A stretch of DNA of 40,827 nt from Acidobacteriota bacterium (GCA_043740165.1 JAYUCR010000512.1:1-40827); one strand, 5' to 3'; positions 9,416 through 17,466 are shown, counted from the first letter of the stretch. Notes: generated from the sequence alone by a model not told the origin. Made by a program: numbers and translations.

Positions 9416-10152
9416 AGCCCACCGTGAACCTGGAGGATCGCTCCGGAGATGTAGGCCGCTTTGTCCGACACCAGGAAGGCCACCGCCTCGGCGACCTCGT
9501 CGGGGCGGCCGAAGCGGCCGAGCGGGATCTGCCCGCGCCAGCGCGCCTGCTCCTGCGCGTCCCACTCGGCGTACGACTCGGTCTCGATGAACCCGGGGCC
9601 GACGGCGTTCACCCGGATGCCGTGGGGCCCTTCGGTCCGCGCCAGCGTGCGGGTCATGGTCATGAGCGCGCTCTTGGCGACGAAATAGGCCGGGGCCTCG
9701 TGCGTCATCCCGGGCGAGACCTCGGAATTAAGCGCCCCGACGTTCACGATGCAGCCGCCTCCGCGCTCCCGCATCCCGGGCAGGACCGCCCGGGTGCAGT
9801 AGAAAGCGCTCGACAGGTTGCCGTCGATCATCTGCCGCCATTCGACGTCGGTGGTCTCGGCGAGCGGGCGCTCCAGGAAGGGACCGACGTTGTTGACCAG
9901 GATCTCGATCGGCCCGATCCGCTCGATCGCCTCCCCGACGAGACGGCGGCAGGCTTCGGGATCGGCGAGATCGGCGCGCACGCCGTGCGCCGGAACGCCG
10001 AGGGCGCGCAGCTCCGCCAGCACGGCGGCAGCACCCGCGGCGCTGGCGTGATTGACGACCACACCGCACCCGTCGCGCGCCAGGCGCAGGGCGATGGCGC
10101 GGCCGATGCCGCGCGTGCTCCCGGTGACGAGGGCCGAGCGTCGATGGGCCAT
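9406..10152 (-). CDS. Classical short-chain dehydrogenase/reductase (FabG-like)
   Basis: TGSTRGIGRAIA Rossmann motif, NNVG, catalytic YFVAK (YxxxK), C-terminal ISGAILQVHGG. Its stop overlaps the DHPS-like start by 10 nt. Confidence 0.85.
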   Translation of the reverse strand: MAHRRSALVTGSTRGIGRAIALRLARDGCGVVVNHASAAGAAAVLAELRALGVPAHGVRADLADPEACRRLVGEAIERIGPIEILVNNVGPFLERPLAETTDVEWRQMIDGNLSSAFYCTRAVLPGMRERGGGCIVNVGALNSEVSPGMTHEAPAYFVAKSALMTMTRTLARTEGPHGIRVNAVGPGFIETESYAEWDAQEQARWRGQIPLGRFGRPDEVAEAVAFLVSDKAAYISGAILQVHGGLWL

Positions 10153-10189
10153 AGCGTGGATCTCGCGTCAGAGTTGATTCGCGGGCAGC

Positions 10190-11419
10190 TTACCACGCCG
10201 GCGCGGGTTTCAGCAGACCCCGGGCGATGCCGGCGCGCCGGGCGAGGCCGGCGCGGCATTCGTCCGGCGAAGCGCCGGCCGCCATCAGGGTGCAGATCGG
10301 CTGACCGGGCGCGAAGATCTCCCCCCGGCGTGGCCGATCGCGGGTTTTGAGGCGAACCAGCTCCCCGGGATCGGGCAGCACCACCCGGGAGTCGGCGTAC
10401 AGGATCCCCTTCGCGAGAAAGCGCGGACCGGCGGGGGCCGAGGTCGGGGCCGGCGCCGGGGCCTGAGTCGCGGAGAGCGGCCCGCCTTCCAGCGCCTCGA
10501 GATGGCGGTCGAACAGGTTGACGGCGGTCAGATCCTCGATCAGCTCCATCGACGCGGTCCAGCGCGGGTTGATCTCGATCACGTGCGGCACGCGATCGCG
10601 CAGGATGTAATCGATCCCGAAGAGTCCCGCGAGACGGAAGCGCGTCGCGAGATGCGTCGCCGCTCGCCGAAGCTGTTCGAGGTTTTCCGGAGTCAGGAAC
10701 GCCTCGCGGGGTCCGGCGATGCTGCCGGCGTACCGGTATCCGGAAGCCCCCAGCACGCTCCACCCGACGATCTGCTCGCTGACTCCCAGAACGACCGCCC
10801 CGCGGCGGCCCGCCAGGGCGACGACCGATCCGCAGGGGCCCTCCAGAAACTCCTGGAAGTACCCGCCGGGAGGGCATCGCTCTCCCCGATTCGCGATCCG
10901 CACGCCGTGCCCGCCGCCCGAGCGGCGCGGCTTGATGAGCCAGCGGCCGGCCCCTCCGGGGATCCGATCGCCGGGCAGGACCTGCGGGTGGGCTATACCG
11001 GCCGCGGCCAGCGCCGGGAACAGGATTGACGGATCCCGGACCGCACGGACCGCGACCCCCCCGATTCCGAGAAGCGTGCCGCGCCTCGCCAAGAGGCGCA
11101 GGAGCCCGGGGCGATTCTCGAGCGCCCCGCCATAGGCGACCGCCGTCCACCCGAGGAGGAGTGCGGCGCGCCCGAGCGCCGCCGTGGTGCGCGGCAGGCC
11201 GAAGTGACGCTCGATCGAGAGGACGCGCACCGGAGAGCGAGACACCGTCACCTCGAGATCGGTGTCGCCGAAGTGATCCAGGGCCAGGATGCCGGCGGGG
11301 AATCGTTCCGCGACGCGGCGACTGCCGGCCGCCGACGCGGCCAGCGCCCGGGCGCTGGCGCCGACGACCAGCAACCGGTCGTCACCCCCGGGGGGACCTG
11401 CGCCCGGGCGGCGCGGCAT
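10190..11419 (-). CDS. ATP-grasp enzyme (carboligase-like) of the H4MPT/methanofuran clusters
   Basis: 409-aa ORF. ATP-grasp core (WLIKPRRSGGGHGV, YFQEFLEG, GLFGIDYIL...VIEINPRWTASMEL). Starts 1 nt after the mtdB stop. Confidence 0.65.
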   Translation of the reverse strand: MPRRPGAGPPGGDDRLLVVGASARALAASAAGSRRVAERFPAGILALDHFGDTDLEVTVSRSPVRVLSIERHFGLPRTTAALGRAALLLGWTAVAYGGALENRPGLLRLLARRGTLLGIGGVAVRAVRDPSILFPALAAAGIAHPQVLPGDRIPGGAGRWLIKPRRSGGGHGVRIANRGERCPPGGYFQEFLEGPCGSVVALAGRRGAVVLGVSEQIVGWSVLGASGYRYAGSIAGPREAFLTPENLEQLRRAATHLATRFRLAGLFGIDYILRDRVPHVIEINPRWTASMELIEDLTAVNLFDRHLEALEGGPLSATQAPAPAPTSAPAGPRFLAKGILYADSRVVLPDPGELVRLKTRDRPRRGEIFAPGQPICTLMAAGASPDECRAGLARRAGIARGLLKPAPAW

Positions 11420-11420
11420 C

Positions 11421-12308
11421 TCAGCCTGCGGCGAGGAGGTCGCCGGCCCGGCGGCGCGCCGCGGCGCGGTCGATGACGAGGGGCCCCTCCGCCGCGAGCA
11501 GATCCTTCAGGAGGGAGGCCTCGACCCGGTTCTTCAGCGTGCCGATCGCCAGGGCGCCGATCCCGAAAATGCCGTGGTGGAGCTCCTTCCCGTCGTCCGG
11601 CGGGGCCAGCCCTTCGATGCCGGCCGGCGGGACGGCGTTGACGTCGGCGACGATTTTCGGTCCGCGCAGCGCCGAGGCCGACAGCAGGCGCACGCCGGCG
11701 GCGCCGGTCGCGAGGATGATGTCGGCCCGAGCCGCGGCCGCCGCCGCCTCGGCTTCGGTCGAGGCGGAGCAGGGGGTCACGCGTACTCCATCTCGCTCGT
11801 GGAGATCGCGCGCCGCGCTTTCCGCCGCGTCGAGCCGGCGCGAGGTCAACGTCACCTCCGCCCCTTCGGCGGCGGCCATGGCCGCGGCGGTCCGGCCGAC
11901 GCCCCCGGTTCCGGCGAGCACCGTCACCCGGGCACCGGTCAGCCCGTCCTTCCCCTGCGCGCACCGCAGGGCGGCCGTTTTCGCCAGGAGGGCGGCGGCG
12001 GTGGTGTATCCGCCCTTCGGGTCGATCATCAGGCCGATGCGGAACGGATCGAAGAGCGATCCTTTGGCCGCCAGCAGCATCGCCTCGGCGACGCGCACAT
12101 CGGAGCCGCAGAGGAACAGCGCCGAGAAACGGACCCCCTTCGGCCCGCGCGAGAAGATGATGTCCTGGGTCAGCCCGGGGACGGCCGACGCGGTGACCCC
12201 GGCATACGGGATCACCGCGTCGAAGCCGGCGTCATAGGCCATGTTGATGTCGAACGGACTCACCAGGGGGTCCGACGACACCATGTAGAGGAGGTGTTTA
12301 CGGTCCAT
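11421..12308 (-). CDS. mtdB: NAD(P)-dependent methylene-tetrahydromethanopterin dehydrogenase
   Basis: SPFDINMAYDAGFDAVIPYAGV...LTQDIIFSR and DVNAVPPAGIEG closely resemble MtdB as I remember it. Start overlaps the fae stop by 1 nt (TGATG). Confidence 0.8.
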   Translation of the reverse strand: MDRKHLLYMVSSDPLVSPFDINMAYDAGFDAVIPYAGVTASAVPGLTQDIIFSRGPKGVRFSALFLCGSDVRVAEAMLLAAKGSLFDPFRIGLMIDPKGGYTTAAALLAKTAALRCAQGKDGLTGARVTVLAGTGGVGRTAAAMAAAEGAEVTLTSRRLDAAESAARDLHERDGVRVTPCSASTEAEAAAAAARADIILATGAAGVRLLSASALRGPKIVADVNAVPPAGIEGLAPPDDGKELHHGIFGIGALAIGTLKNRVEASLLKDLLAAEGPLVIDRAAARRRAGDLLAAG

Positions 12309-12802
12309 CAGGCGAACGGGTGCTTCGCCTTGTCCTTGCGCTCGATGACCTGCTTCACGCTCGGCTCGCTGCGCATGGCGCGGGCGATCGATTCCTTGGT
12401 GGCCTTGTAGTTGTAGTCGTAGATCTTCTTGTTGTCCTTGGCTTCCCAGTGGATGAAGACGCCGACGATGCAGACCAGATTCTCCGCGTCGGCCTGCGGT
12501 ATGATCCCCTCGGCCACCGCATCGGCGACTGCCTTCGCCACCGCGGCCTGCGCCGGGCCGAACATCTGCACCGCCTGGGTGGCGCCTTTGATCGTGACCT
12601 TGTTCATCATGATGGTCGCCGGCTTCGCGAGCAGGTTCGGCTCGAGAACGGCGAGGAGTGCCGTGTGTCCTTCGTTCTGGTTCACGAGCGCGTTCGCGAA
12701 CGCGGCGCCCACCGGCCCGTTCTTCGGACCGATGAGAAGGTCGATATGCGCCACCTCGTTCCCTTCACCTACGAGCGATTCTCCGACCAGGATATCTTTC
12801 AT
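12308..12802 (-). CDS. fae: Formaldehyde-activating enzyme
   Basis: [30 protein letters not shown] and C-terminal HPFA are hallmark Fae strings. Strong SD GGAGGAG 8 nt upstream of the ATG. Confidence 0.9.
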   Translation of the reverse strand: MKDILVGESLVGEGNEVAHIDLLIGPKNGPVGAAFANALVNQNEGHTALLAVLEPNLLAKPATIMMNKVTIKGATQAVQMFGPAQAAVAKAVADAVAEGIIPQADAENLVCIVGVFIHWEAKDNKKIYDYNYKATKESIARAMRSEPSVKQVIERKDKAKHPFA

Positions 12803-12870
12803 GGGCGTCTCTCCTCCGCTTGGGATGCGCGCCGTCCGTCGCGCGGCGTTTCAGTGGTGATGCGGTCGAT

Positions 12871-12900
12871 TATCTAGCATGCCCGCCACGCGCCGGTCAA
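12871..12900 (-). promoter_or_regulatory. Predicted promoter of the fae-mtdB-...-RFAP synthase operon
   Basis: Minus strand reads TTGACC (12900-12895), 18 nt, TAGATA (12876-12871), the same architecture as the def promoter. About a 60-nt leader with a GGAGGAG SD. The -35 lies inside the first codons of the divergent mfnB ORF. Confidence 0.35.
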
Positions 12901-13703
12901 TCACCGCCGATCGCCGCGCCATCGCGCACCCTGCCGCGTCCTCGGCCTCCCCTCGCGGGACGGCCCCGCGCCTGCTCGTGAGCGTCACCGGTCCGGACGA
13001 AGCGCGGATCGCTTTCGCGGCGGGAGCCGACATCGTCGATCTCAAGGATCCGCGGCGGGGCGCCCTCGGGGCCTGCGAGCCGGCGGCTCTCCGGGCCGTC
13101 GCCTCCCTGCGCGATCGGGCCTTCCCGGGCGCGGTCCTGAGCGCCGCGCTCGGTCCCGCGAACGATCCCGGCGCGGCCGATCGGGCCGCTGTCGTGGCCG
13201 GATGGGGGTTCGACTTCGTGAAGCTCGGCCTGGAAGGGCTGCCGGATCGCGACGCGGCGGCTGCGGCCCTGCGCCGGATCGTCGCAGCGGTCGGTGCCGC
13301 CGGTCCCGCGAACGGCGGCGGGACGCGCGTCATCGCGGCGTCTTTCGCCGATTCCACCCGGGTCGAAGCCCTGGCGCCGGAGGATCTGCCTGATGTCGCC
13401 GCCGCGGCGGGAGCTGCCGGCGCCCTCCTCGACACGGCGGTCAAAGACGGCCGGACTCTGCTCGATCACCTCTCCCCGGAGGGAATCGCTCGATACCTCT
13501 CCGGATGCCGGCGGCGGGGGCTGCTGGCGGCGCTGGCGGGAGCCCTCGAGCCCCGGACGATGCCGGCAATCCTCGCCCTGGCTCCCGACATCATCGGGGT
13601 CCGCGGCGCCGTCTGCCTCGGGGGGCGGACCGGTCGGCTCGACCGCCGCCGGCTGGAGCGCCTCCGTGACGTGCTGCGCGTTTCACCCGCGCGGGTCTGC
13701 TAG
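12879..13703 (+). CDS. mfnB: (5-formylfuran-3-yl)methyl phosphate synthase (MfnB, DUF556), methanofuran/methylofuran biosynthesis
   Basis: LLVSVTGPDEARIAFAAGADIVDLKDPRRGALGA and LLDTAVKDGRTLLDHL...IIGVRGAVC match MfnB. About 31 residues precede the usual N-terminus, so the start is uncertain. Confidence 0.75.
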   Translation: MPATRRSITADRRAIAHPAASSASPRGTAPRLLVSVTGPDEARIAFAAGADIVDLKDPRRGALGACEPAALRAVASLRDRAFPGAVLSAALGPANDPGAADRAAVVAGWGFDFVKLGLEGLPDRDAAAAALRRIVAAVGAAGPANGGGTRVIAASFADSTRVEALAPEDLPDVAAAAGAAGALLDTAVKDGRTLLDHLSPEGIARYLSGCRRRGLLAALAGALEPRTMPAILALAPDIIGVRGAVCLGGRTGRLDRRRLERLRDVLRVSPARVC

Positions 13704-14337
13704 CCGCGCCGCGTTGCGCCTCGGCGCGCAGAGCGTGCGGCTGTCGCCCGTCGATCACCCTCACCTCCACTCCGGGCGGCAGGGACCGCGGGAAAAGCGG
13801 GTCGACGATGCCGCGTCCGGCGAGGCGCTCCGCGAGACGCCGATCGAGCGGCACGCCGGGAAGCTCCGGGACACTTTTCAGGAGGATCAGCCGACGGGCG
13901 CCGCTGCGCCGCGCCAGCCAGGCGGCGATCGAATCGGAAGTCAGCCGGAACGATGGCTCCAGGCCCCGGCTCCGCTCAACGAGGGCCGAGGTCAGCAGGA
14001 TCGGCGTCCGCCCCGACGCCGCGACTCGTTTCGCCGCCGACAGGTTGCGCACCGGGCGCGAGCCGGGGCAGAGGTGCGCCAGGAGCAGGCCGTACTGGTC
14101 CATCGCCAGAAGCGCCATCCGGTGCGCCCCGGCTTCGGGAATCGTCCACCGGCGCATCTCGCTCCGCACCAGGTCGGCGTAGATCCCCCCGCCCGGCAGG
14201 ACCAGGATCGGCTGGCGTCGCGCCAGAGCGGCGATCGCCCGCAGCAGCCTCGCGAGACGACGCGGCGCCGAAGCGAGGCTGCCGCCGACCTTGAGGACGG
14301 TGTTGAAGGGGCGCCCGTCGGCTCGTCGGCGTTTCAC
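13591..14337 (-). CDS. Amino-acid (Asp/Glu/uridylate) kinase-fold protein, probable furan-methyl-phosphate kinase (MfnE-like)
   Basis: LKVGGS motif, then LVLPGGG. GTG start overlaps the upstream stop (GTGA). The last ~40 codons are an Arg-rich tail that overlaps the convergent mfnB gene. Confidence 0.6.
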   Translation of the reverse strand: MKRRRADGRPFNTVLKVGGSLASAPRRLARLLRAIAALARRQPILVLPGGGIYADLVRSEMRRWTIPEAGAHRMALLAMDQYGLLLAHLCPGSRPVRNLSAAKRVAASGRTPILLTSALVERSRGLEPSFRLTSDSIAAWLARRSGARRLILLKSVPELPGVPLDRRLAERLAGRGIVDPLFPRSLPPGVEVRVIDGRQPHALRAEAQRGAASRPARVKRAARHGGAPAGGGRADRSAPRGRRRRGPR

Positions 14338-15536
14338 GACGCGCCGTCCGCCGGAATCGCCGGCAGGAGCCCCGGCATCCCCAGCGCTTCGGCATGCAGG
14401 AGTGCCAGCGCGACGCTCGGTGCGGCGACCTCCCAGCCGGGCTCGGCGAGGCCGCGGAACAGCTCGCCCAGCGGCTGCGTGCGCAATCCCACCGCCTCGG
14501 CCGCCGCCGCCGCGAGGAAGGCTCCCGCGCCGGCGATCAAGGAGCCATCCGGCGCAGCGCCTCCATCCGGCAGCGCGGTCATCCGATCGATCACCTGCCG
14601 CAGGCCACCGGCGATCTGTTCTATCTGCCGACGCTCCAGGAACAGCGCGACGTCACGGAGGACATCGGCTCCGAGCTCGCGCGGCTCGGCGCAGACGATC
14701 CGCGCCAGCCGAGTCGCCGCCGCGGCCGGAGTCTTGTCCCGGCCGTCCGGGGTCGGCACCGTGTAGCGCGCCGCGTCGATCCGCCCCAGGAGGAGATAGA
14801 CGTCCGCCATCTGCGCGAAGTATTCCGGCACCACGGGACAGGAACCTCCGGGGATCGGGACGCGCGCCGCGAGGGCGCCGGGTGGCGTGCGCAGAAGGCC
14901 GCTGTAAACCAGCTCCCCCGACAGGAGACGTGCGCCATCGGTCCGCCCCTGCGGCCGGGGATGACCGCCGACGAGCGGAATGATGTCGGTGGTGGTGCTG
15001 CCGACATCGATGAGGACCGCGGGGGAGGCGAGGCGCGCCGCGAGGCGCGCGGTCGCCATCCAGTTGGCCGCCGCGACCCGCTCCGGCCTTTCCAGCGCCT
15101 CGGCCCAGGGCAGAAGCGCCCCGTCGACGTCCAGGACAACGCACCCGGAAGGGGTCTCGCCGCCGAACCCCTCGACGCATGCGGCGAGGATGGCGCGCAC
15201 GCCATCGCGGCGGCTGGGGAAGACATCGCACAATTCGCCTGTCATGGTCACCGCGTGCGTGATCGACGCCTGCGTGCCCGCCGCTTGCGTGCCCGTCGCC
15301 TGCCTGGCCGCCGCGTCCCTGCCCGGGGCGCGCACCGCGACGGCGTCCGCCAGCTCCGGGGCGCGCATGAGGCCGTCGACCAGCTCCGCAAGCCCCGCCG
15401 CGAGTCTCTCCGGCTCGCGGTAGAGCGCGAACGGCACCTGCCGATGCAGGAGGCGCGCGCGGCGTCCCTCCGCGGTGGCGAGGCAGGCCGCCTTCAGATG
15501 CGCCCCGCCGATGTCCCAGCCGAAGCCGATCGCCAT
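14334..15536 (-). CDS. Hydantoinase/oxoprolinase-like 'H4MPT-linked C1 transfer pathway protein' (possibly MfnF-like)
   Basis: Start trimmed to ATG 15536 (MAIGFGWDIGGAHLK..., ASKHA-type phosphate-1 motif) with AAGGGAGGGG upstream. VLIDVGSTTTDIIP is a second ASKHA motif. Confidence 0.6.
   Translation of the reverse strand: MAIGFGWDIGGAHLKAACLATAEGRRARLLHRQVPFALYREPERLAAGLAELVDGLMRAPELADAVAVRAPGRDAAARQATGTQAAGTQASITHAVTMTGELCDVFPSRRDGVRAILAACVEGFGGETPSGCVVLDVDGALLPWAEALERPERVAAANWMATARLAARLASPAVLIDVGSTTTDIIPLVGGHPRPQGRTDGARLLSGELVYSGLLRTPPGALAARVPIPGGSCPVVPEYFAQMADVYLLLGRIDAARYTVPTPDGRDKTPAAAATRLARIVCAEPRELGADVLRDVALFLERRQIEQIAGGLRQVIDRMTALPDGGAAPDGSLIAGAGAFLAAAAAEAVGLRTQPLGELFRGLAEPGWEVAAPSVALALLHAEALGMPGLLPAIPADGAS
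15268..15312. repeat. Imperfect 15-bp tandem repeat x3 inside the hydantoinase-like gene
   Basis: gcctgcgtgcccgcc / gcttgcgtgcccgtc / gcctgcctggccgcc. On the coding strand it encodes ...QATGTQAAGTQAS... (5-aa units). Confidence 0.7.
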
Positions 15537-16609
15537 CGTCCCCCTCCCTTCCCGCCCGGCGCGCGCATCGTGACCGATCCGTCGGTCGAAAAACGGCATG
15601 CCCCGTGCCGTACGATGCGACGCGGCATCGGCCTGCCGAGCGCCGCATCGATCAGGAGCCCGGCCAGGTTACGCTCCACCACGCGGCGCAATCCGAGGTA
15701 GCTCGTGGTGAGGCGCGGGTTGATCTCCAGGACCGTGACCCCGCCGGGGCCGATCACCAGGTCGACGCCGACGTACCCTCTCAGGTCGGGGACCGCGGCG
15801 CCGAGGGCCCGCACGGCCCGCCCGGCCGCGCGAAGCGCCGCGGCGCTCTGCCGGTGGGGCCACGGCGTGGCCCCGCCCCGGTACTCGAACGCCACACCGG
15901 TCGTGAACGCCTGCCGGTTCAATCCCAGTCCGATGCACCGCATGGCCGGTGCCGGGCCGCCGCCCGCGCCGCGCGACGGCACGCCCGGCGCGGCTCCCGG
16001 CGTGACGCACGGAGCGACGAGAAGCGAGACGCTGGCAGGCTCGCCCGGGATGAACTCCTGGACCAGGAAATCGTTCCGGCGCGTGACGGCGCGCACCGCG
16101 TCGAGAGCCGCCGGGATCTGCTCGCGACGGCGCACGCATCGTGTCCCCTGGCCGCCGCAACCATCCCGCGGCTTGAGCACGAATGGCGGCGACCAGAGGC
16201 GCAGGCAGCGCGAGCCATCCGCGAACGGGATCGACGCGCACCGCGGCGAAGCGATCCCGCACCCTGCCAGGAGATCCGACATGGCCAGCTTGTCGGCGGC
16301 CAGCCGCACGGCGCGGCGGCCGGGGCCGAGGAGCCTGCGCCCGCTGCGTTCGACGGAGGCCGTCAGGCGCTCCAGGATGCCGTCCGATTCCGGAGCGATG
16401 ACGAGGGCCGCCTCGGCTCGGCCCAGCGCGGCGCGCAGGGCCGTGGCAGGCGGGGCTGTCTGTGGCGGCACGACTTCCAAATCGACCCCGGAAAGGAGCG
16501 CCAGATCGGCCGCAACGGCATCGCGCAGGGCGGAACCCTCGGCACGGATCCCAGTCGGAGCGCCGCCTTCCGGCAGCACGCTGAAGTATTCCAGAAGGAC
16601 GACGCGCAT
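15494..16609 (-). CDS. ATP-grasp ligase, probable tyramine-glutamate ligase (MfnD-like, COG1821 type)
   Basis: MRVVLLEYFSVLPEGG N-terminus, VLKPRDGCGGQG, LVQEFIPGEPASVSLL, GYVGVDLV...VLEINPRLTTSY. Its 3' end overlaps the next gene by 43 nt. Confidence 0.6.
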   Translation of the reverse strand: MRVVLLEYFSVLPEGGAPTGIRAEGSALRDAVAADLALLSGVDLEVVPPQTAPPATALRAALGRAEAALVIAPESDGILERLTASVERSGRRLLGPGRRAVRLAADKLAMSDLLAGCGIASPRCASIPFADGSRCLRLWSPPFVLKPRDGCGGQGTRCVRRREQIPAALDAVRAVTRRNDFLVQEFIPGEPASVSLLVAPCVTPGAAPGVPSRGAGGGPAPAMRCIGLGLNRQAFTTGVAFEYRGGATPWPHRQSAAALRAAGRAVRALGAAVPDLRGYVGVDLVIGPGGVTVLEINPRLTTSYLGLRRVVERNLAGLLIDAALGRPMPRRIVRHGACRFSTDGSVTMRAPGGKGGGRWRSASAGTSAGRI

Positions 16610-16633
16610 GCGACCGGTGGCTCGGGGTCCTAT

Positions 16634-17410
16634 TCAATGGCCGGAAGTGAGGTGCGGGAGAAGGATGCGGAATGTCGCTCCCTCCCCCGGGCGGCTTTCG
16701 ACGCGCAACTGCCCGCCGCTCTGCGCCACGATGGCGTAGACCGCCGAAAGGCCGAGCCCGGTTCGCCCCGCGCTCTCCTTGGTCGTGAAAAACGGATCGA
16801 AGATCCGGTCGAGCACGTCCGGAGTCATCCCGCAGCCGGTGTCGGCCACGGCGACGACGGCGTAGGCTCCCGGCGTCGGATCCCCGGGGCGCGCGGCGGC
16901 CTCGTCGAACCGGGCGCGGGAGGTGGTGATGGCCAGACGCCCGCCATGCGGCATCGCATCGCGGGCGTTCTCCACCAGGCATCGGAGAGCCGTGCCGAAC
17001 TGGGCCGGGTCGATCTTGACCCGTTCGAGATCGCGATCGAGGTGCAGGTCCAGGGTGATGGCCGGTCCAAGAACGCCGCGCCATGCCGGTGCCCCCCGGG
17101 CGATGAGTTCGTTCGGGTCGACGATGCGCGGCGCCAGGCTGCGGTGCCGGCTGATCGCGAGGAGCTGACGCGTCAGGACGGCGGCTCGCTGGGCGCTCGC
17201 GAGAAGGCGCCGACTGTCGGTGCGACGAGGATCCTCGGCCGGCAGATCCGGGTCCGGGCTCCAGCCGGATCCCAGCAGAAGCGTCACCAGGTGATGGAGC
17301 TCGTGCGCAAGGCCGCCGGCGAGCATCCCGATGGCTTCCATGGTGCGGCCATCCGGATCCCGTCTCACGCGTCGATTTTCCCGTTCTCGCTCCGGCGTGG
17401 AGGACGGCAT
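16634..17410 (-). CDS. Histidine kinase core only (DHp + HATPase_c), with no sensor or transmembrane region
   Basis: H-box GGLAHELHHLVT begins about 30 residues from the N-terminus. N-box LVENARDAM, G1 DTGCGM, F-box IFDPFFTTK, G2 GTGLGLS. 258 aa in total. Confidence 0.8.
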   Translation of the reverse strand: MPSSTPERERENRRVRRDPDGRTMEAIGMLAGGLAHELHHLVTLLLGSGWSPDPDLPAEDPRRTDSRRLLASAQRAAVLTRQLLAISRHRSLAPRIVDPNELIARGAPAWRGVLGPAITLDLHLDRDLERVKIDPAQFGTALRCLVENARDAMPHGGRLAITTSRARFDEAAARPGDPTPGAYAVVAVADTGCGMTPDVLDRIFDPFFTTKESAGRTGLGLSAVYAIVAQSGGQLRVESRPGEGATFRILLPHLTSGH

Positions 17411-17418
17411 CGTGGCGT

Positions 17419-17448
17419 ACAGTAGGCCGGGCGAAGCGGCCCGGTCAA
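17419..17448 (-). promoter_or_regulatory. Predicted promoter of the histidine kinase / mfnD-like operon; leaderless start
   Basis: Minus strand reads TTGACC (17448-17443), 18 nt, TACTGT (17424-17419). 8 nt remain to the kinase ATG (17410) and there is no SD. Confidence 0.3.
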
Positions 17449-17466
17449 GCCGCGGGGTGGCAGCGG

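Noticed and set aside
12803-12878. A possible plus-strand leaderless promoter for mfnB (GATTAT/TATCTA just before ATG 12879).
   Set aside because: No acceptable -35 lies at 16-19 nt; TTTCAG is only 13 nt away. The hexamer is better explained as the -10 of the opposite-strand fae promoter. The mfnB start itself is uncertain.
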